Below are positions 61,878-64,000 of a stretch of DNA of 64,000 nt, in pieces. Below the pieces are notes generated by a model. It was not told where the DNA came from and did not search any database. It saw only the letters and a list, made by a program, of their open reading frames with translations. Every line of letters begins with the position of its first letter. Position 1 is the stretch's first letter. A program made the position numbers and the translations under genes. Origin of the DNA: Bacteroidales bacterium (GTDB lineage Bacteria > Bacteroidota > Bacteroidia > Bacteroidales > UBA932); the NCBI GenBank assembly GCA_017509755.1, contig JAFWOY010000027.1, forward strand, positions 1,983 through 65,982, read 5' to 3'.

Positions 61878-64000
<2,123 letters not shown>

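Overview
This is a 64-kb chromosomal window from a fairly GC-rich member of the Bacteroidota. That placement is an inference from TAnnTTTG promoter-like motifs 18-36 nt upstream of many start codons, many lipoproteins, type-V-pilin-like and LRR surface proteins, and a KilA-N gene. The gene content looks Bacteroidales/Alistipes-like, but I cannot verify that here. I call 48 protein-coding genes; two of them (sulfatase, GH2 beta-galactosidase) are cut by the window edges. I recognised no rRNA, tRNA, CRISPR array, transposase or integrase. Most of the window is ordinary core content: sulfatase plus anaerobic maturase, cstA, AraC/tryptophanase, rlmD, several secreted peptidases (tricorn-like S41, M28, M1, M16), rarA, a MATE pump, porin-potABCD, atoE, acyl-AMP ligase/ACP, upp, ThrE, a nucleoside kinase and lacZ. 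Three regions stand out. (1) 13.9-21.9 kb is a visibly AT-shifted, seven-gene, translationally coupled minus-strand operon. It encodes a sigma-70-family factor, a soluble anti-sigma-like/C39-like/RyR-domain/zinc-ribbon protein, a TIR-TM-MORN membrane protein, three exported proteins (one probably an OM beta-barrel) and a 991-aa LRR lipoprotein. I know of no named system with this combination, and it is my best candidate for a novel system. (2) 24.9-33.3 kb is a four-gene membrane-protein operon with no recognisable enzymatic motifs. It encodes two giant proteins (1155 and 1215 aa) that share a paralogous ~500-aa glycine-zipper-plus-helical C-terminal module, a small 2-TM protein, and a zinc-ribbon TM protein. 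(3) 53.3-59.2 kb is an AT-rich block of three type-V-pilin-like lipoproteins and two small proteins, next to a KilA-N gene. It is framed by two families of direct repeats: R1, a double hairpin showing a compensatory base-pair change between copies, and R2. It also has a long, apparently structured upstream leader. A further structured element is a 130-nt cloverleaf closed by a perfect 30-bp stem, lying between the convergent rarA and MATE genes. All functional calls rest on motif recognition by eye; no database search was possible.
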